From: Candidatus Thalassarchaeum sp. | GTDB lineage: Archaea > Thermoplasmatota > Poseidoniia > Poseidoniales > Thalassarchaeaceae | Reading direction: 5' to 3' | Assembly (NCBI GenBank): GCA_022451235.1 | Contig: JAKUOA010000006.1 | Location: forward strand, 44,413 to 108,412 | Length of the DNA stretch: 64,000 nt | Shown here: in pieces, positions 17,332-26,390 of the stretch | How positions within the stretch are numbered: the first letter of the stretch is position 1 | Layout: every line of letters begins with the position of its first letter | Program-made: the position numbers and the translations under genes | Notes under the pieces: model-generated | The model's database searches: none | Told to the model about the DNA's origin: nothing | The model's input: only the letters and a program-made list of their open reading frames with translations

Positions 17332-19287
17332 ATGGCTGAAGGGCCCGCATCGGTACTCGATTTGCCTCCATTACGAGGCAACCCCTTCGATTTACGTCCT
17401 ATCGAAGCAAATCGCGCAGAGTATCTAGTGGGGCGGGATCGATTGCTGGCGGAATGTCGCGAGCACCTAATTTCCCAAACTCCACGAATGCTACTATTGG
17501 TGGGGGATCGTGGATCGGGTAGAACGTCATTCCTCAACGCCCTTGCCTCAACAACATCTCGCCGCCCGTTCATAGGACAATTCTGGCCAGAAGACGATGA
17601 CCCTGTTCAGGGGATAATCCATGAGTTATCTGTATATCTCGGCGGCTTCGATATTCCACCATCTATCCAACAGGCCTCTGACAAGATGGTTGAGATTCTA
17701 GACAAAGAGACAGGAACTTTGCCTCTAGTCGCACTGGATTATCCTGCTAATGTAGATTTGAACCATATGCTATCTCGATTAGCACCTTTACTACAGAGGC
17801 TTCGAGCACTTATCGTGGTCGCAGTTACCCCCTCTCAATTGGCTGGGTTAGATGAGGGGGTGTTGGATATTTTCGACGACCCTCATCATTTACGGAATTT
17901 AGATGAAAAACAAATTCAGATTCTTAGCAATCGTAGAATCTCTCGCGCCGCCAATCAAAAGTGGAATATCAGGGCGAGTCTTCTAACTGCAATTCACCAA
18001 CATACAGATGGTAATCCGCGTAGGATAATTCGCCTATTGAGGGACTTAATCGATGAGCGACATAATCCAGTCGACGGGGGCGTCTTAGATCGGTTAACTA
18101 CCTGGAGAGCTCCACCAGTTCAATCGGAACCCGAAATATTCGAAGAAGAGGAGATAGAATCCGAGATACAAGAACCTACTGAAGAGTTCGAAGAAGTAGA
18201 AATAGAGTCAGAAGATGAAATTTCCCAAATAGATGATTTTGAACTAGAAGAAGAAGAACCCGATGATCTTTGGGATGATGATGACGACGAGGAAGAGTCA
18301 TGGAACGATGAATTCGAGGCACCTGATGAAATTTGGACTACTCCTGAGGAGCCAGAGTCACTAGAAGTTGAAGAGGAAAGATTCCATCAAGCAGAGCAAA
18401 TCCCTGAACCTGAACCTAGCGAAGTGTACCAGAGAGCTGATGATGAGTCTGGATTCTATTTCGTTGAAGAAGGAACAGAGCCGCCTGAATTGCCCGAATC
18501 TAGGAAACCTAAGGGCAATTTTGGACGCTTACTAGGTCGCACACTACAAGCCAATGATAGGATGCCAACAACAGGCGACGATACACCAATTCAAGTCGCT
18601 GAACCTCACAAGAGTTTGGTGCCAAGAACTCCGGTAAAGGAAATGCCTCCCGAAAGCGTAGAGGATGAACAATCGACTGCAAGAATCGATACATCGGTAG
18701 AGTCTGGTATAGAAGAGTCCGTTTTCCATGACGACCAGTCAGTTTGGATGGTTGATTCAGATTCCAAATCTACCTTGCCCAACAATCCTAGGGTATTCGA
18801 ACCAATAGCACCAGAGCCAGAGCCAGTTGTCGAAGAAATTGATACTGAATGGTTCGTCGATGACGCACCTGTAGAAGATGAATTCGAACCAATTCCTGAG
18901 CCTGTTTTTGAGCCGGAACCCCCCCAAGTTAGTATCCCATCAATTCCAACCACACCACCACCAACACCTGTACAAGTCCCGGTCCAAGTTCCAGTTTCAT
19001 TAGGTCCGACATGGGAACCAGATTTACCATTCAATCCCATCGTTTTGCAAACACTGACCGAGGCCGAGAGAATGATTGTCGAGGCCTCGTCGATGCGCGA
19101 AGTCTCTCCCTCGGATAATGAATTACAAGCCCGTTTAGAGGTCGGTCGTTCCCGTCTTTCGCAGATATACAATGGAATGCGACGCAAGGGTCTTCTGTCG
19201 GTAAGAAAGCAAGGTAGAACTCGATACTTCAAACTCAGTGAGGCTGCAAATCAGCACTTGCGTGGGGCGCCACAGGAGGCTGCATAA
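17332..19287 (+). CDS. Orc1/Cdc6-family AAA+ / winged-helix protein with degenerate Walker A and Walker B and a long acidic, Pro-rich disordered insert
   Basis: The N-terminus (NPFDLRPIEANRAEYLVGRDRLLAECREHL ... LLLVGDRGSGRTSFLNAL) parallels the canonical Cdc6 in this same window (PLSYDWVPPSLIGRDEEL ... AVVMGPVGSGKTVLTRRF). Walker A has R in place of K. The Walker B position reads LVALDY. Sensor-like segments read ALIVVAVTPSQ and GNPRRIIRLLRDLI (cf. Cdc6 GDARMAIELLEAAI). About 300 aa of D/E-rich then P-rich low complexity follow. The C-terminus is winged-helix-like (LSQIYNGMRRKGLLSVRKQGRTRYFKLSE). Confidence 0.55.
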   Translation: MAEGPASVLDLPPLRGNPFDLRPIEANRAEYLVGRDRLLAECREHLISQTPRMLLLVGDRGSGRTSFLNALASTTSRRPFIGQFWPEDDDPVQGIIHELSVYLGGFDIPPSIQQASDKMVEILDKETGTLPLVALDYPANVDLNHMLSRLAPLLQRLRALIVVAVTPSQLAGLDEGVLDIFDDPHHLRNLDEKQIQILSNRRISRAANQKWNIRASLLTAIHQHTDGNPRRIIRLLRDLIDERHNPVDGGVLDRLTTWRAPPVQSEPEIFEEEEIESEIQEPTEEFEEVEIESEDEISQIDDFELEEEEPDDLWDDDDDEEESWNDEFEAPDEIWTTPEEPESLEVEEERFHQAEQIPEPEPSEVYQRADDESGFYFVEEGTEPPELPESRKPKGNFGRLLGRTLQANDRMPTTGDDTPIQVAEPHKSLVPRTPVKEMPPESVEDEQSTARIDTSVESGIEESVFHDDQSVWMVDSDSKSTLPNNPRVFEPIAPEPEPVVEEIDTEWFVDDAPVEDEFEPIPEPVFEPEPPQVSIPSIPTTPPPTPVQVPVQVPVSLGPTWEPDLPFNPIVLQTLTEAERMIVEASSMREVSPSDNELQARLEVGRSRLSQIYNGMRRKGLLSVRKQGRTRYFKLSEAANQHLRGAPQEAA

Positions 19288-19583
19288 TGTCAGACGAAGG
19301 TTCTACGGTAACGAAAGAAAAAGTCGAGAAGTATCTCGAATTAACAGCAGAAGCACGAGGAAAAGCATCACCGATTGCAGAGTCTGAAGAAGATGTAGCC
19401 AGACTCGATTCAATGATGAGAATGTGTGATGATTACCAAGCAGACGCCAAGCATTTCCTGGAGAAGGGAGATTTGGTTCGAGCCTTTGGAGCGATCAATT
19501 ACGCACATGCTTGGATTGATGCTGCGGTTAGGATTGGCTTGATGGACGGACATGGTGATGATCGCCTCTTCACCCTTCCATGA
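19287..19583 (+). CDS. Small conserved archaeal protein, possibly DUF357-like
   Basis: Its start overlaps the upstream stop (taATG), indicating coupling. The 98-aa protein is acidic then helical, with the motif AINYAHAWIDAAVRIGL. This motif is reminiscent of the archaeal DUF357 family. That is from memory and unverified. Confidence 0.45.
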   Translation: MSDEGSTVTKEKVEKYLELTAEARGKASPIAESEEDVARLDSMMRMCDDYQADAKHFLEKGDLVRAFGAINYAHAWIDAAVRIGLMDGHGDDRLFTLP

Positions 19584-19614
19584 CTGCTAACAATTATCTC
19601 CTTCATGTTTTGAG

Positions 19615-20511
19615 GTGAATACAATGTCTGATTGTCTCGATGATTTTCCCAATCAATTAGAACCAAGTTTTTCTTGTTTCCAAGACTCTATGTCTGCAGG
19701 ACCTGCCTCAGGGATTCTAATTTTGATACTCGGAATTCCTTTGATTGGAATAGTTAAGAGATATTTACGAAGGTTGCTAGATAAAACCGACTTTGATGAA
19801 GGACTGGAAAATTTTCTTTTCCGAGTTGCAAATGTCGTACTATGGGCGGTTGTTATCCTAACCGCAGCAAATGAATTCGGAATAAATGTCACAGGTTTGG
19901 TTGTCGGTTTAGGGTTTGTAGGATTAGCAGTAGCCTTTGCGGCACAAGATACAGTAGAGAATGTAATTGCTGGTATTTTCATCATAATTGACAGACCATT
20001 CAGAGAGGGGGAGAGAATTCTATTGCCGAAGAGTCTAGGTGGGACTTATTCAAAATGGGGTGATGTTAGTTACATTGGTTTGAGGACCACCAGAGTAAGA
20101 TCAACAGATGGAGTCTTACTTACCGTTCCAAACAAGATTCTAACAAAAGATGCAGTTGCAAATTTCAGTCACAGCTCGGATATGGAACTCAGGGTAAGAA
20201 TCAGACTTGGACTTACTGCAACTTGGGCGAACGTCACAAAGGCGGAGGAGATTGTACAAGATATCGCTGATAATCATCCAGACATCGTTAGCAAACCAAA
20301 ACCACCAGAGGTTGTTTTGAGAGGATTCGGAGACCAAGAAATAGTCATGGAGATTCGATATTATGTGGACCATGCAAAGAAAATGAGGCCATCTAAATCA
20401 TTCTTTGTTACTGAGATATTGAGAAGATTCGAGGAAAATGGAGTGACCTTAGCCTTCCCGGTTCGAGTCAATATGAATAGTGATGTGAATCTAGAAGATC
20501 TTGGATTCTAG
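19615..20511 (+). CDS. mscS: Small-conductance mechanosensitive channel (MscS family)
   Basis: It has N-terminal TM helices followed by the MscS signature region AFAAQDTVENVIAGIFIIIDRPFREGERI and a C-terminal beta domain. Confidence 0.85.
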   Translation: MNTMSDCLDDFPNQLEPSFSCFQDSMSAGPASGILILILGIPLIGIVKRYLRRLLDKTDFDEGLENFLFRVANVVLWAVVILTAANEFGINVTGLVVGLGFVGLAVAFAAQDTVENVIAGIFIIIDRPFREGERILLPKSLGGTYSKWGDVSYIGLRTTRVRSTDGVLLTVPNKILTKDAVANFSHSSDMELRVRIRLGLTATWANVTKAEEIVQDIADNHPDIVSKPKPPEVVLRGFGDQEIVMEIRYYVDHAKKMRPSKSFFVTEILRRFEENGVTLAFPVRVNMNSDVNLEDLGF

Positions 20512-20534
20512 TGATTCAAAGGGTACCCATTGAT

Positions 20535-20924
20535 TCAACCAACGAGTCGTAGAGAAGGTCCACTAGTGACTTCGATATACGAACCGCCAGCACTAACCAA
20601 TCGCTCCTTCAATCTCCTGTCAACAGTCAAGACAGGCCAACCGGATTCAACTGAAAGTTCAACCAACATATCGTCGGTATGCTTCATCCCTTCAATATCT
20701 GACATTCTCTCAGATTTCTGCTCTAGCAAATCGAGTAGTAGACCGCCGCGCGTCTGCGATAATTTCTGTAATTCCGCATCCACTGAATCCAGAACCAATA
20801 ATCTCGGCGAACCAGCAACTGAAGCCATTGCCACATCAAGATTCAATCTAGCATCGACTAATGCCACCCAACCACAAGCGTCGATGAGGACGCTGGACAT
20901 CACTTCACCCCGTGATGGTTCCAT
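20535..20924 (-). CDS. PIN-domain protein (VapC/Nob1-like nuclease fold) in an operon with aIF2-gamma
   Basis: It carries acidic residues in a PIN-like arrangement (VLIDACGWVALVD, LLVLDSVDAEL, TDDMLVEL, LTVDRRLKERL). It overlaps the aIF2-gamma stop by about 20 nt. An aIF2-gamma and PIN neighbourhood is a conserved archaeal arrangement. Confidence 0.6.
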   Translation of the reverse strand: MEPSRGEVMSSVLIDACGWVALVDARLNLDVAMASVAGSPRLLVLDSVDAELQKLSQTRGGLLLDLLEQKSERMSDIEGMKHTDDMLVELSVESGWPVLTVDRRLKERLVSAGGSYIEVTSGPSLRLVG

Positions 20925-22155
20925 GACCGATTAGTCGCCATCGTGTTCCGATTCTTCGAGACAAAGTGATTCGACTTCCCTCAAGTGCACAAATTGGCAA
21001 ACGTAGGCGCAGTGTGCATTTTTTCCCTTTGATTGCAGTAACTTGGCCTACACTTGTAGCGGTTGCAGAGTTGATCATTAACATTTCATTCGGCTGTAGC
21101 GGCCTTACCTTCTCAGGAGCATCATCGCCACTTGCCACCATATGTTCTAACAAATCCAAATCAAGATTGAACTCCTCCCATATCGGTGGTAGTTCACCTT
21201 GACGAGCCATCACTTGTCCAGATAGGTCATCAGCTTTGGTGACATTAGGGTCCATCGGAGTAGCAACTCCACAGAGTCCACCAGCGTGAATCGTCTCTAG
21301 GTCTAGGCCGCCACCTTGTACAGATTCGATGACTGTCTTGATTGGTTCCCATCGGGTTTTACTTCCCTCTTGGATTCGGCGACCTGGAGCGATTAGGATG
21401 TCATCTCCAACTGAGAATTGGCCCTTCACCACAGAACCTCCTATGATTCCTCCTCGTAGTTTATCCGGCCTTGAACCAGGACGATTGATATCGAAGGATC
21501 TTGCAACATACATCAGTGCCTCCTTTTGTTTCCCATGGTCAGGGGTAGGAATAATGTCCTCAATAGCCTGAATCAGAATATCGAGATTTACATCATGATG
21601 CGCTGAGATCGGAATTATTGGTGCATCTTCTGCAATCGTTCCCTTTACGAATTCCTTGATTTCATTATGAGACTCAATGGCTCTTTCTTTTGTCACGATG
21701 TCGATTTTATTTTGAACGATTATAATATTCTCAATTCCTGCAATTTGTAAAGCTGACAAGTGTTCACGTGTCTGCGGTTGTGGACATTTTTCAGTTGCAG
21801 AAATCAGCAGAAGTGCTCCATCCATAATCGATGAGCCTGAGATCATCACAGCCATCAGCGTCTCGTGTCCGGGAGCATCGACGAATGAAACAACTCTGAG
21901 TAGTTCCTTGTCAATGTCCTTCTTTCCATCTGGTCGCTTACCTGTAGGGTAATATTCTCCATCCTTGGTCCTGTAGAATGCAGTGTCGGCATAGCCGAGT
22001 TTGATACTTATCCCTCGTTTTCTTTCCTCAGAATGGGTATCTGTCCAGACTCCTGAAAGAGCACGGGTTAGAGTCGTCTTGCCGTGGTCGACGTGACCGA
22101 CCATGCCGATGTTGACTACAGGCTGGCTAGGTAATTGACTTGCCAGACTCATCAA
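20905..22155 (-). CDS. eif2g: Translation initiation factor aIF2 gamma subunit
   Basis: It has the G1 motif VNIGMVGHVDHGKTTL and an EF-Tu-like GTPase fold. The 416-aa length is typical, and the zinc-knuckle region typical of aIF2-gamma is present. Confidence 0.95.
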   Translation of the reverse strand: MMSLASQLPSQPVVNIGMVGHVDHGKTTLTRALSGVWTDTHSEERKRGISIKLGYADTAFYRTKDGEYYPTGKRPDGKKDIDKELLRVVSFVDAPGHETLMAVMISGSSIMDGALLLISATEKCPQPQTREHLSALQIAGIENIIIVQNKIDIVTKERAIESHNEIKEFVKGTIAEDAPIIPISAHHDVNLDILIQAIEDIIPTPDHGKQKEALMYVARSFDINRPGSRPDKLRGGIIGGSVVKGQFSVGDDILIAPGRRIQEGSKTRWEPIKTVIESVQGGGLDLETIHAGGLCGVATPMDPNVTKADDLSGQVMARQGELPPIWEEFNLDLDLLEHMVASGDDAPEKVRPLQPNEMLMINSATATSVGQVTAIKGKKCTLRLRLPICALEGSRITLSRRIGTRWRLIGHGTITG

Positions 22156-22166
22156 CCCCTACCGAT

Positions 22167-22652
22167 TCACTCCTCTTCGTCAGAGGGCGTCTCGGTAGCG
22201 GCCTCTTCCTCGAGACCAAAAATCACTGGTAGTGAGCGCTTTCCTGCCTCAACGACCTTCAGATTGATTTGACGTGTATCCTGACTGATGACATTGCCTC
22301 GAAGGTTTCTTCTTCGGCGAATCCCGTCATACTTGTAGACGTATTCTTGGGCGTTCTTCTTCACGTATTTCTTCCCCTTGTATCCAACTCCGGGCGATAC
22401 GAGAACCGACTTTACTCCTCCACCATCTAGGTCAGGGCGCATTGGTCGGCCTGTGACATCTGAGCCACCGGTGATTTGCAACTTGTATCCAGAAAGTGTT
22501 TGATCACCATCTCCAACGAACATCCCATCGACGGAATCCCCGATTTTCTTACCCAAGAAATGGTTGTAATTTGCACCTGTGATATCCACAGCATATGCTC
22601 GATGGTCGACTGCTCCATTAACCACCGCCTTGAACGCCTGTTCTCCTGCCAT
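22167..22652 (-). CDS. rps6e: Ribosomal protein S6e. The listed ORF extends to 22709, but the likely start is the internal Met (MAGEQAFKAVV).
   Basis: It contains FKAVVNGAVD...GYKLQITGGSDVTGRPMRPDLDGGGVKSVLVSPGVGYKGKKYVKK, a typical archaeal S6e. It lies upstream of aIF2-gamma. Confidence 0.9.
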   Translation of the reverse strand: MAGEQAFKAVVNGAVDHRAYAVDITGANYNHFLGKKIGDSVDGMFVGDGDQTLSGYKLQITGGSDVTGRPMRPDLDGGGVKSVLVSPGVGYKGKKYVKKNAQEYVYKYDGIRRRRNLRGNVISQDTRQINLKVVEAGKRSLPVIFGLEEEAATETPSDEEE

Positions 22653-22721
22653 GATGTCACCTGAACGGCCTCCCGACAGGAGACCCCTATAAGAGCGGTT
22701 CGGATTCACCTACGGTGAGTC

Positions 22722-23897
22722 TTAGCCTCTCAAAAATTCTCTCTCAATTCTGCTTTCGATGGTTGCTGGTGCAGTATTGTTCATTGTGATATGTTGAGTT
22801 CTTCCTCTTCCAACGTTGGTATTTGCTGCCCTAGTTTCGATTAGTCCTTCGGTTTCCAACGTCTTCAGATGCTTCCAGAAAGTAGTGTAACTTCGCGGTT
22901 TTACCTCATATTCTTCACAGACTAGTAAGTAGAGCTTGTGAGCATCTCCGCTCGAGACGTATTCAGCCTTCTTCAAACGTCTACAAATACCTAGCAAAGA
23001 CAATTTTTGGTGTTGTGATAAATTGTCAACCGAACTCGGCTCCAGTGATGCCTTTCTCAAGGTACTAGGTCGCACATCATCAGGTAGAACTTCACCACGA
23101 CCCTCTTTCTCGGTTCGGCGGATGGCCGCTTCCAGTAGTTCAATCGCCATCCGCGCATCTCCTGATTCAGCAGCGAATTGACCAATTTTAGTTAGAGTTT
23201 CATCGGCTACCGACCCAGTTCGACAGGCAACCTCTACCCTTTGGCTAGCGATACCTGTCAGAGTCTCCGCATTGTAGGGTTGCATCTCGACGATATTTGA
23301 TTGCCCCAAGCGTGAGATAATCGCTGGCTCAAAGAGCTTCATCAAAGCTAAATTCTGACTAACAAGAATCATCGAAATCGTTCCTTGGTTTTCTTTTCCT
23401 TCATCGATTCTCAATAATTTGTAGATTAGATCCGACTGATCACGATTTACCAAAATATCAGCCTCGTCCAAAATCAACAGAAGATGACTATCGTGTGTAA
23501 TCAGATTTCTTCGAATAGATTGGATGATTTCACTTGGACTAAATCCTCTCTCCGGATGTCGTTCGTCGAGGCTGAGTGCAATCTGTTGCAATACCTGTGG
23601 ACCGGTTGGATGATTACGACAGTTTACGTGAGTTATCACGGTTTTTCTTCTTCCTTCGAGATGACGTTGAATATCTTCTGCAAAGCGACGTGTCAGAACA
23701 GTCTTTCCTGAGCCAACCGGACCCATTACGACCGCTTGGCAACTGGTTTCATGATTCTCAATTTGCGAAAATATGGCAGCCATATCGCCTAATTCTTCGT
23801 CTCTACCTATCAGAGATGGCGGAACCCAGTCGTACGAAAGAGGGGCCTTATCCAGCAGGACTTTGCCTGCTCCGATGCGGTCGAGGTATCCTGCCAT
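22722..23897 (-). CDS. cdc6: Orc1/Cdc6 replication initiator (canonical)
   Basis: It has the Walker A motif VMGPVGSGKTVLTRRF, the Walker B motif LILDEAD, the sensor 2 motif GDARMAIELLEAA, and a C-terminal winged helix. Confidence 0.9.
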   Translation of the reverse strand: MAGYLDRIGAGKVLLDKAPLSYDWVPPSLIGRDEELGDMAAIFSQIENHETSCQAVVMGPVGSGKTVLTRRFAEDIQRHLEGRRKTVITHVNCRNHPTGPQVLQQIALSLDERHPERGFSPSEIIQSIRRNLITHDSHLLLILDEADILVNRDQSDLIYKLLRIDEGKENQGTISMILVSQNLALMKLFEPAIISRLGQSNIVEMQPYNAETLTGIASQRVEVACRTGSVADETLTKIGQFAAESGDARMAIELLEAAIRRTEKEGRGEVLPDDVRPSTLRKASLEPSSVDNLSQHQKLSLLGICRRLKKAEYVSSGDAHKLYLLVCEEYEVKPRSYTTFWKHLKTLETEGLIETRAANTNVGRGRTQHITMNNTAPATIESRIEREFLRG

Positions 23898-23997
23898 TCA
23901 AGGGAGTCTTGCTCTAGCCGTTCTTAGAGATATTTACTGCAAAGCGCGCGCATACAGGCGTCTGTGACCCGCGCCGGGAGAATTCACTCAATCCCGA

Positions 23998-25116
23998 TTA
24001 TGGGATTTCATCGAATTGGTAACCGTTTTCCCATTGTTTTTCACCTAGGGCAACTTCTAATTCGAAGGGTGTGATTAGTGGCTTAGCGTACTTCACTGCA
24101 TCATCGATTGCTATGCGCGGGCATGCGGTATTGACGAAGGCATCAACGGGATAGAAGTCGATTAGTTCAGGGCCGACATGATCTAGTGCGAGAAGGTATC
24201 CTTTACGCCCGTGTTTTTCGAGAAGCCGCTTCATTCTGATGGCTAGATTACGTCGCATTTGACCCGGCTTCTCACCGATGAGAATACCGAATGACTTCGC
24301 CTCATCGACAGAGAAAATTAATCCCATTCTCTGTCTAAGAATTCGTTCGATACGTTCGAAGGATAACTCGCTGGCCTCACCCGTATATGGGTCTAGCAAG
24401 GCTAGTGGTTTACCGGTATGCATGACCAATCCAATCGGGTGGAAATCTCCCGAACCTAGGAATATGTAGTGTCCGATAGAGGGGTCATCTCCAGAGTAAT
24501 TGCAACCTAGGACTTGTCCAGGGAAAGTCAGCCGTGCTCCTCCTGTTGGTATCTCAACCTCAAATCCAGCATTCTCAAAGCGTTCTTTGTACTCTGGAAG
24601 AAGGTGCAGGTGTTGGATAGAGCCGACTAGTCCCAATTTGGTACCAGACAAAGGAGCGACTCTACCTACAGCATCAAGGAATCTCTCTTTTGCTTCATCC
24701 TCACTGAGGTCGAAGGGAGTTATCGACTCAGTTAATCTGGTTTCTGCGATTGCTTTGTGTCGGGCTAAGATAGGAACAACGGGATCAATTTCAGGATCTC
24801 CTTCGTAAGTTACCGGAATGAAATGAGTTGGCATACCCGAGTCGATATTCATTGCACTATGCCCCATGTGGGCGACTAATTCAACACCCATCATACGCAT
24901 TTTATCATGCACCAAATCACATGCCCCATAGCAAGGATCTGCTGCCAAGACTACCTTCGCTTCTGAGTCCTCTTCAATCGAGTCCATCATTTCAAGAGCT
25001 TGCATTTTCAGACCTTCGGGAACTTGCAAAGCAACCAAGCGATGATCATTGTCTTTGATCCGCTCGACTAGGTCGTCGAGCTGAAAATCGTGACGTTCCA
25101 TGTCCATGGTAACCAA
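23998..25116 (-). CDS. dph2: Diphthamide biosynthesis enzyme Dph2 (2-(3-amino-3-carboxypropyl)histidine synthase)
   Basis: A 372-aa protein with the three-domain Dph2 architecture. Conserved Cys-containing segments are present (CYGACD..., NTACPRI). Confidence 0.85.
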   Translation of the reverse strand: MVTMDMERHDFQLDDLVERIKDNDHRLVALQVPEGLKMQALEMMDSIEEDSEAKVVLAADPCYGACDLVHDKMRMMGVELVAHMGHSAMNIDSGMPTHFIPVTYEGDPEIDPVVPILARHKAIAETRLTESITPFDLSEDEAKERFLDAVGRVAPLSGTKLGLVGSIQHLHLLPEYKERFENAGFEVEIPTGGARLTFPGQVLGCNYSGDDPSIGHYIFLGSGDFHPIGLVMHTGKPLALLDPYTGEASELSFERIERILRQRMGLIFSVDEAKSFGILIGEKPGQMRRNLAIRMKRLLEKHGRKGYLLALDHVGPELIDFYPVDAFVNTACPRIAIDDAVKYAKPLITPFELEVALGEKQWENGYQFDEIP

Positions 25117-25175
25117 CTAGCCGTCCTGAGTTCGGTATTTGAGCGGTTTCGATGAAAATGCTATATTTCTCAGTA

Positions 25176-25754
25176 TCAATCGACAATCTCGACCTTTCCA
25201 TCAATGATATCGATTCTAGCAAGAGATCGAATAGGCCAATGTGGTTTTTCACGATTCAACCTCTCTCGCCCTTCGCCCTTTTCGATTGCGATGACAATAT
25301 CCTGTAAGATTACTCCCATATCTTCGAGTTGTTGAATAAGAGGTTCTAGAGTTCCACCAGTAGAGATTACGTCATCAACGATTACAATTCTTTCTCCAGC
25401 CTTGATATCGTTGATGTATACGGTAGATTGCGAATATCCGGTTGCTACGTCAACACGAGTTTCTCCTTCCATACCATATGAGCGCTTTCGCACAACAACC
25501 GTTGGCTTTCCAGTAGCATCTCCGACCGCTGCAAGAAGTGGCAGCCCCATCGCTTCTACACTTACTATCAGGTCAACCTGTGACCAATCTACGCTAGATA
25601 CGATTAGGTCGCGTGTTGCCCGAAGTACATCGGGGTCCATTCTTGGAATACCGTCCGAAATTGGATGAATGAAGTAGGGATATTCACCCTTCCAAATGAT
25701 TGGAGCACCACGCAGTGATTCTTGCAGTACTGTAAGAGGATCGGCAGATCCCAT
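25176..25754 (-). CDS. Purine/adenine phosphoribosyltransferase family protein (type I PRTase)
   Basis: It has the PRPP-binding motif IVIVDDVISTGGTL. The 192-aa length is typical. Confidence 0.75.
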   Translation of the reverse strand: MGSADPLTVLQESLRGAPIIWKGEYPYFIHPISDGIPRMDPDVLRATRDLIVSSVDWSQVDLIVSVEAMGLPLLAAVGDATGKPTVVVRKRSYGMEGETRVDVATGYSQSTVYINDIKAGERIVIVDDVISTGGTLEPLIQQLEDMGVILQDIVIAIEKGEGRERLNREKPHWPIRSLARIDIIDGKVEIVD

Positions 25755-25766
25755 ACCCGACCAACC

Positions 25767-26312
25767 TCAGATTAATCCCAATTCACTAAGTCGCTCATGG
25801 CCCTTCTTGACATGAATAGTGGTCGGGCTTGGGAACTTCATTCCTGCCTTACGAAGTGAATCACGAGCGGCCGCGTAAAATTCAGCAGTTGTCTGAACTG
25901 AGACTATGACATCATTTCTCTGTACGCGGGCTGCGGTTCCGACATTCTTTCCAAAGGATAGTCGCATACCCTGTGATACCCTGTCTGCTCCGGCGCCCGT
26001 AGCCTGCTTATTCTCCCGTAGGATGTTGTGCGGATACTTGTGAATTCGAAGAGCATAGCCCATATCTCCAGCTGCGTTTCTTATTGTTGAGTTAGAGACT
26101 TGTCGAGCAGCCTCTAGTGCAGTATCTCGGATTTGTACAGCATTGTCTACGGTTAGCTCGAGTACTACCTCAAATCCTCCCGCCTCGGCAACCTTTCTGT
26201 TGCCCATATGGTAGCGAAGAATTCGATTATTTGGCACACCGCCAGTATACTCTCGGCGTGTGTATGCCTGTCCCTTGACTTGGCGATACATTTTGGCGGG
26301 TTTGCGTGCCAT
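25767..26312 (-). CDS. rpl10e: Ribosomal protein L10e (uL16)
   Basis: The N-terminus MARKPAKMYRQVKGQAYTRREY is diagnostic of L10e/L16. It is 181 aa. A TATA-like TTAAATA lies about 37 nt upstream on the minus strand. Confidence 0.9.
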   Translation of the reverse strand: MARKPAKMYRQVKGQAYTRREYTGGVPNNRILRYHMGNRKVAEAGGFEVVLELTVDNAVQIRDTALEAARQVSNSTIRNAAGDMGYALRIHKYPHNILRENKQATGAGADRVSQGMRLSFGKNVGTAARVQRNDVIVSVQTTAEFYAAARDSLRKAGMKFPSPTTIHVKKGHERLSELGLI

Positions 26313-26364
26313 CTCAACTACCTCGGGCTCGGCCGACCTACCCGCCGTATTTAACGATAGGTGC

Positions 26365-26379
26365 AGCCCCTACGGGGCT
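26365..26379 (-). terminator. GC hairpin AGCCCC-TAC-GGGGCT 12 nt after the transporter stop. Possible terminator or stability element.
   Basis: It is a perfect 6-bp stem with a 3-nt loop immediately downstream of the 26391..27332 gene. It lies upstream of the rpl10e promoter. No long T-tract follows. Confidence 0.35.
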
Positions 26380-26390
26380 AAGTAAATCGA

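Noticed and set aside
18606-19232. 208-aa Gly/Ser/Thr-rich ORF antisense to the acidic/Pro-rich part of the orc1-like gene
   Set aside because: It is a reverse-complement artefact of the GAA/GAT-rich and CCx-rich sense strand. It sits within a well-supported longer ORF.
20530-20934. 134-aa plus-strand ORF overlapping the PIN-domain gene
   Set aside because: It is antisense to the PIN gene, which fits the conserved aIF2-gamma operon. It has no recognisable motif and is Ser/Thr-rich and low in complexity.
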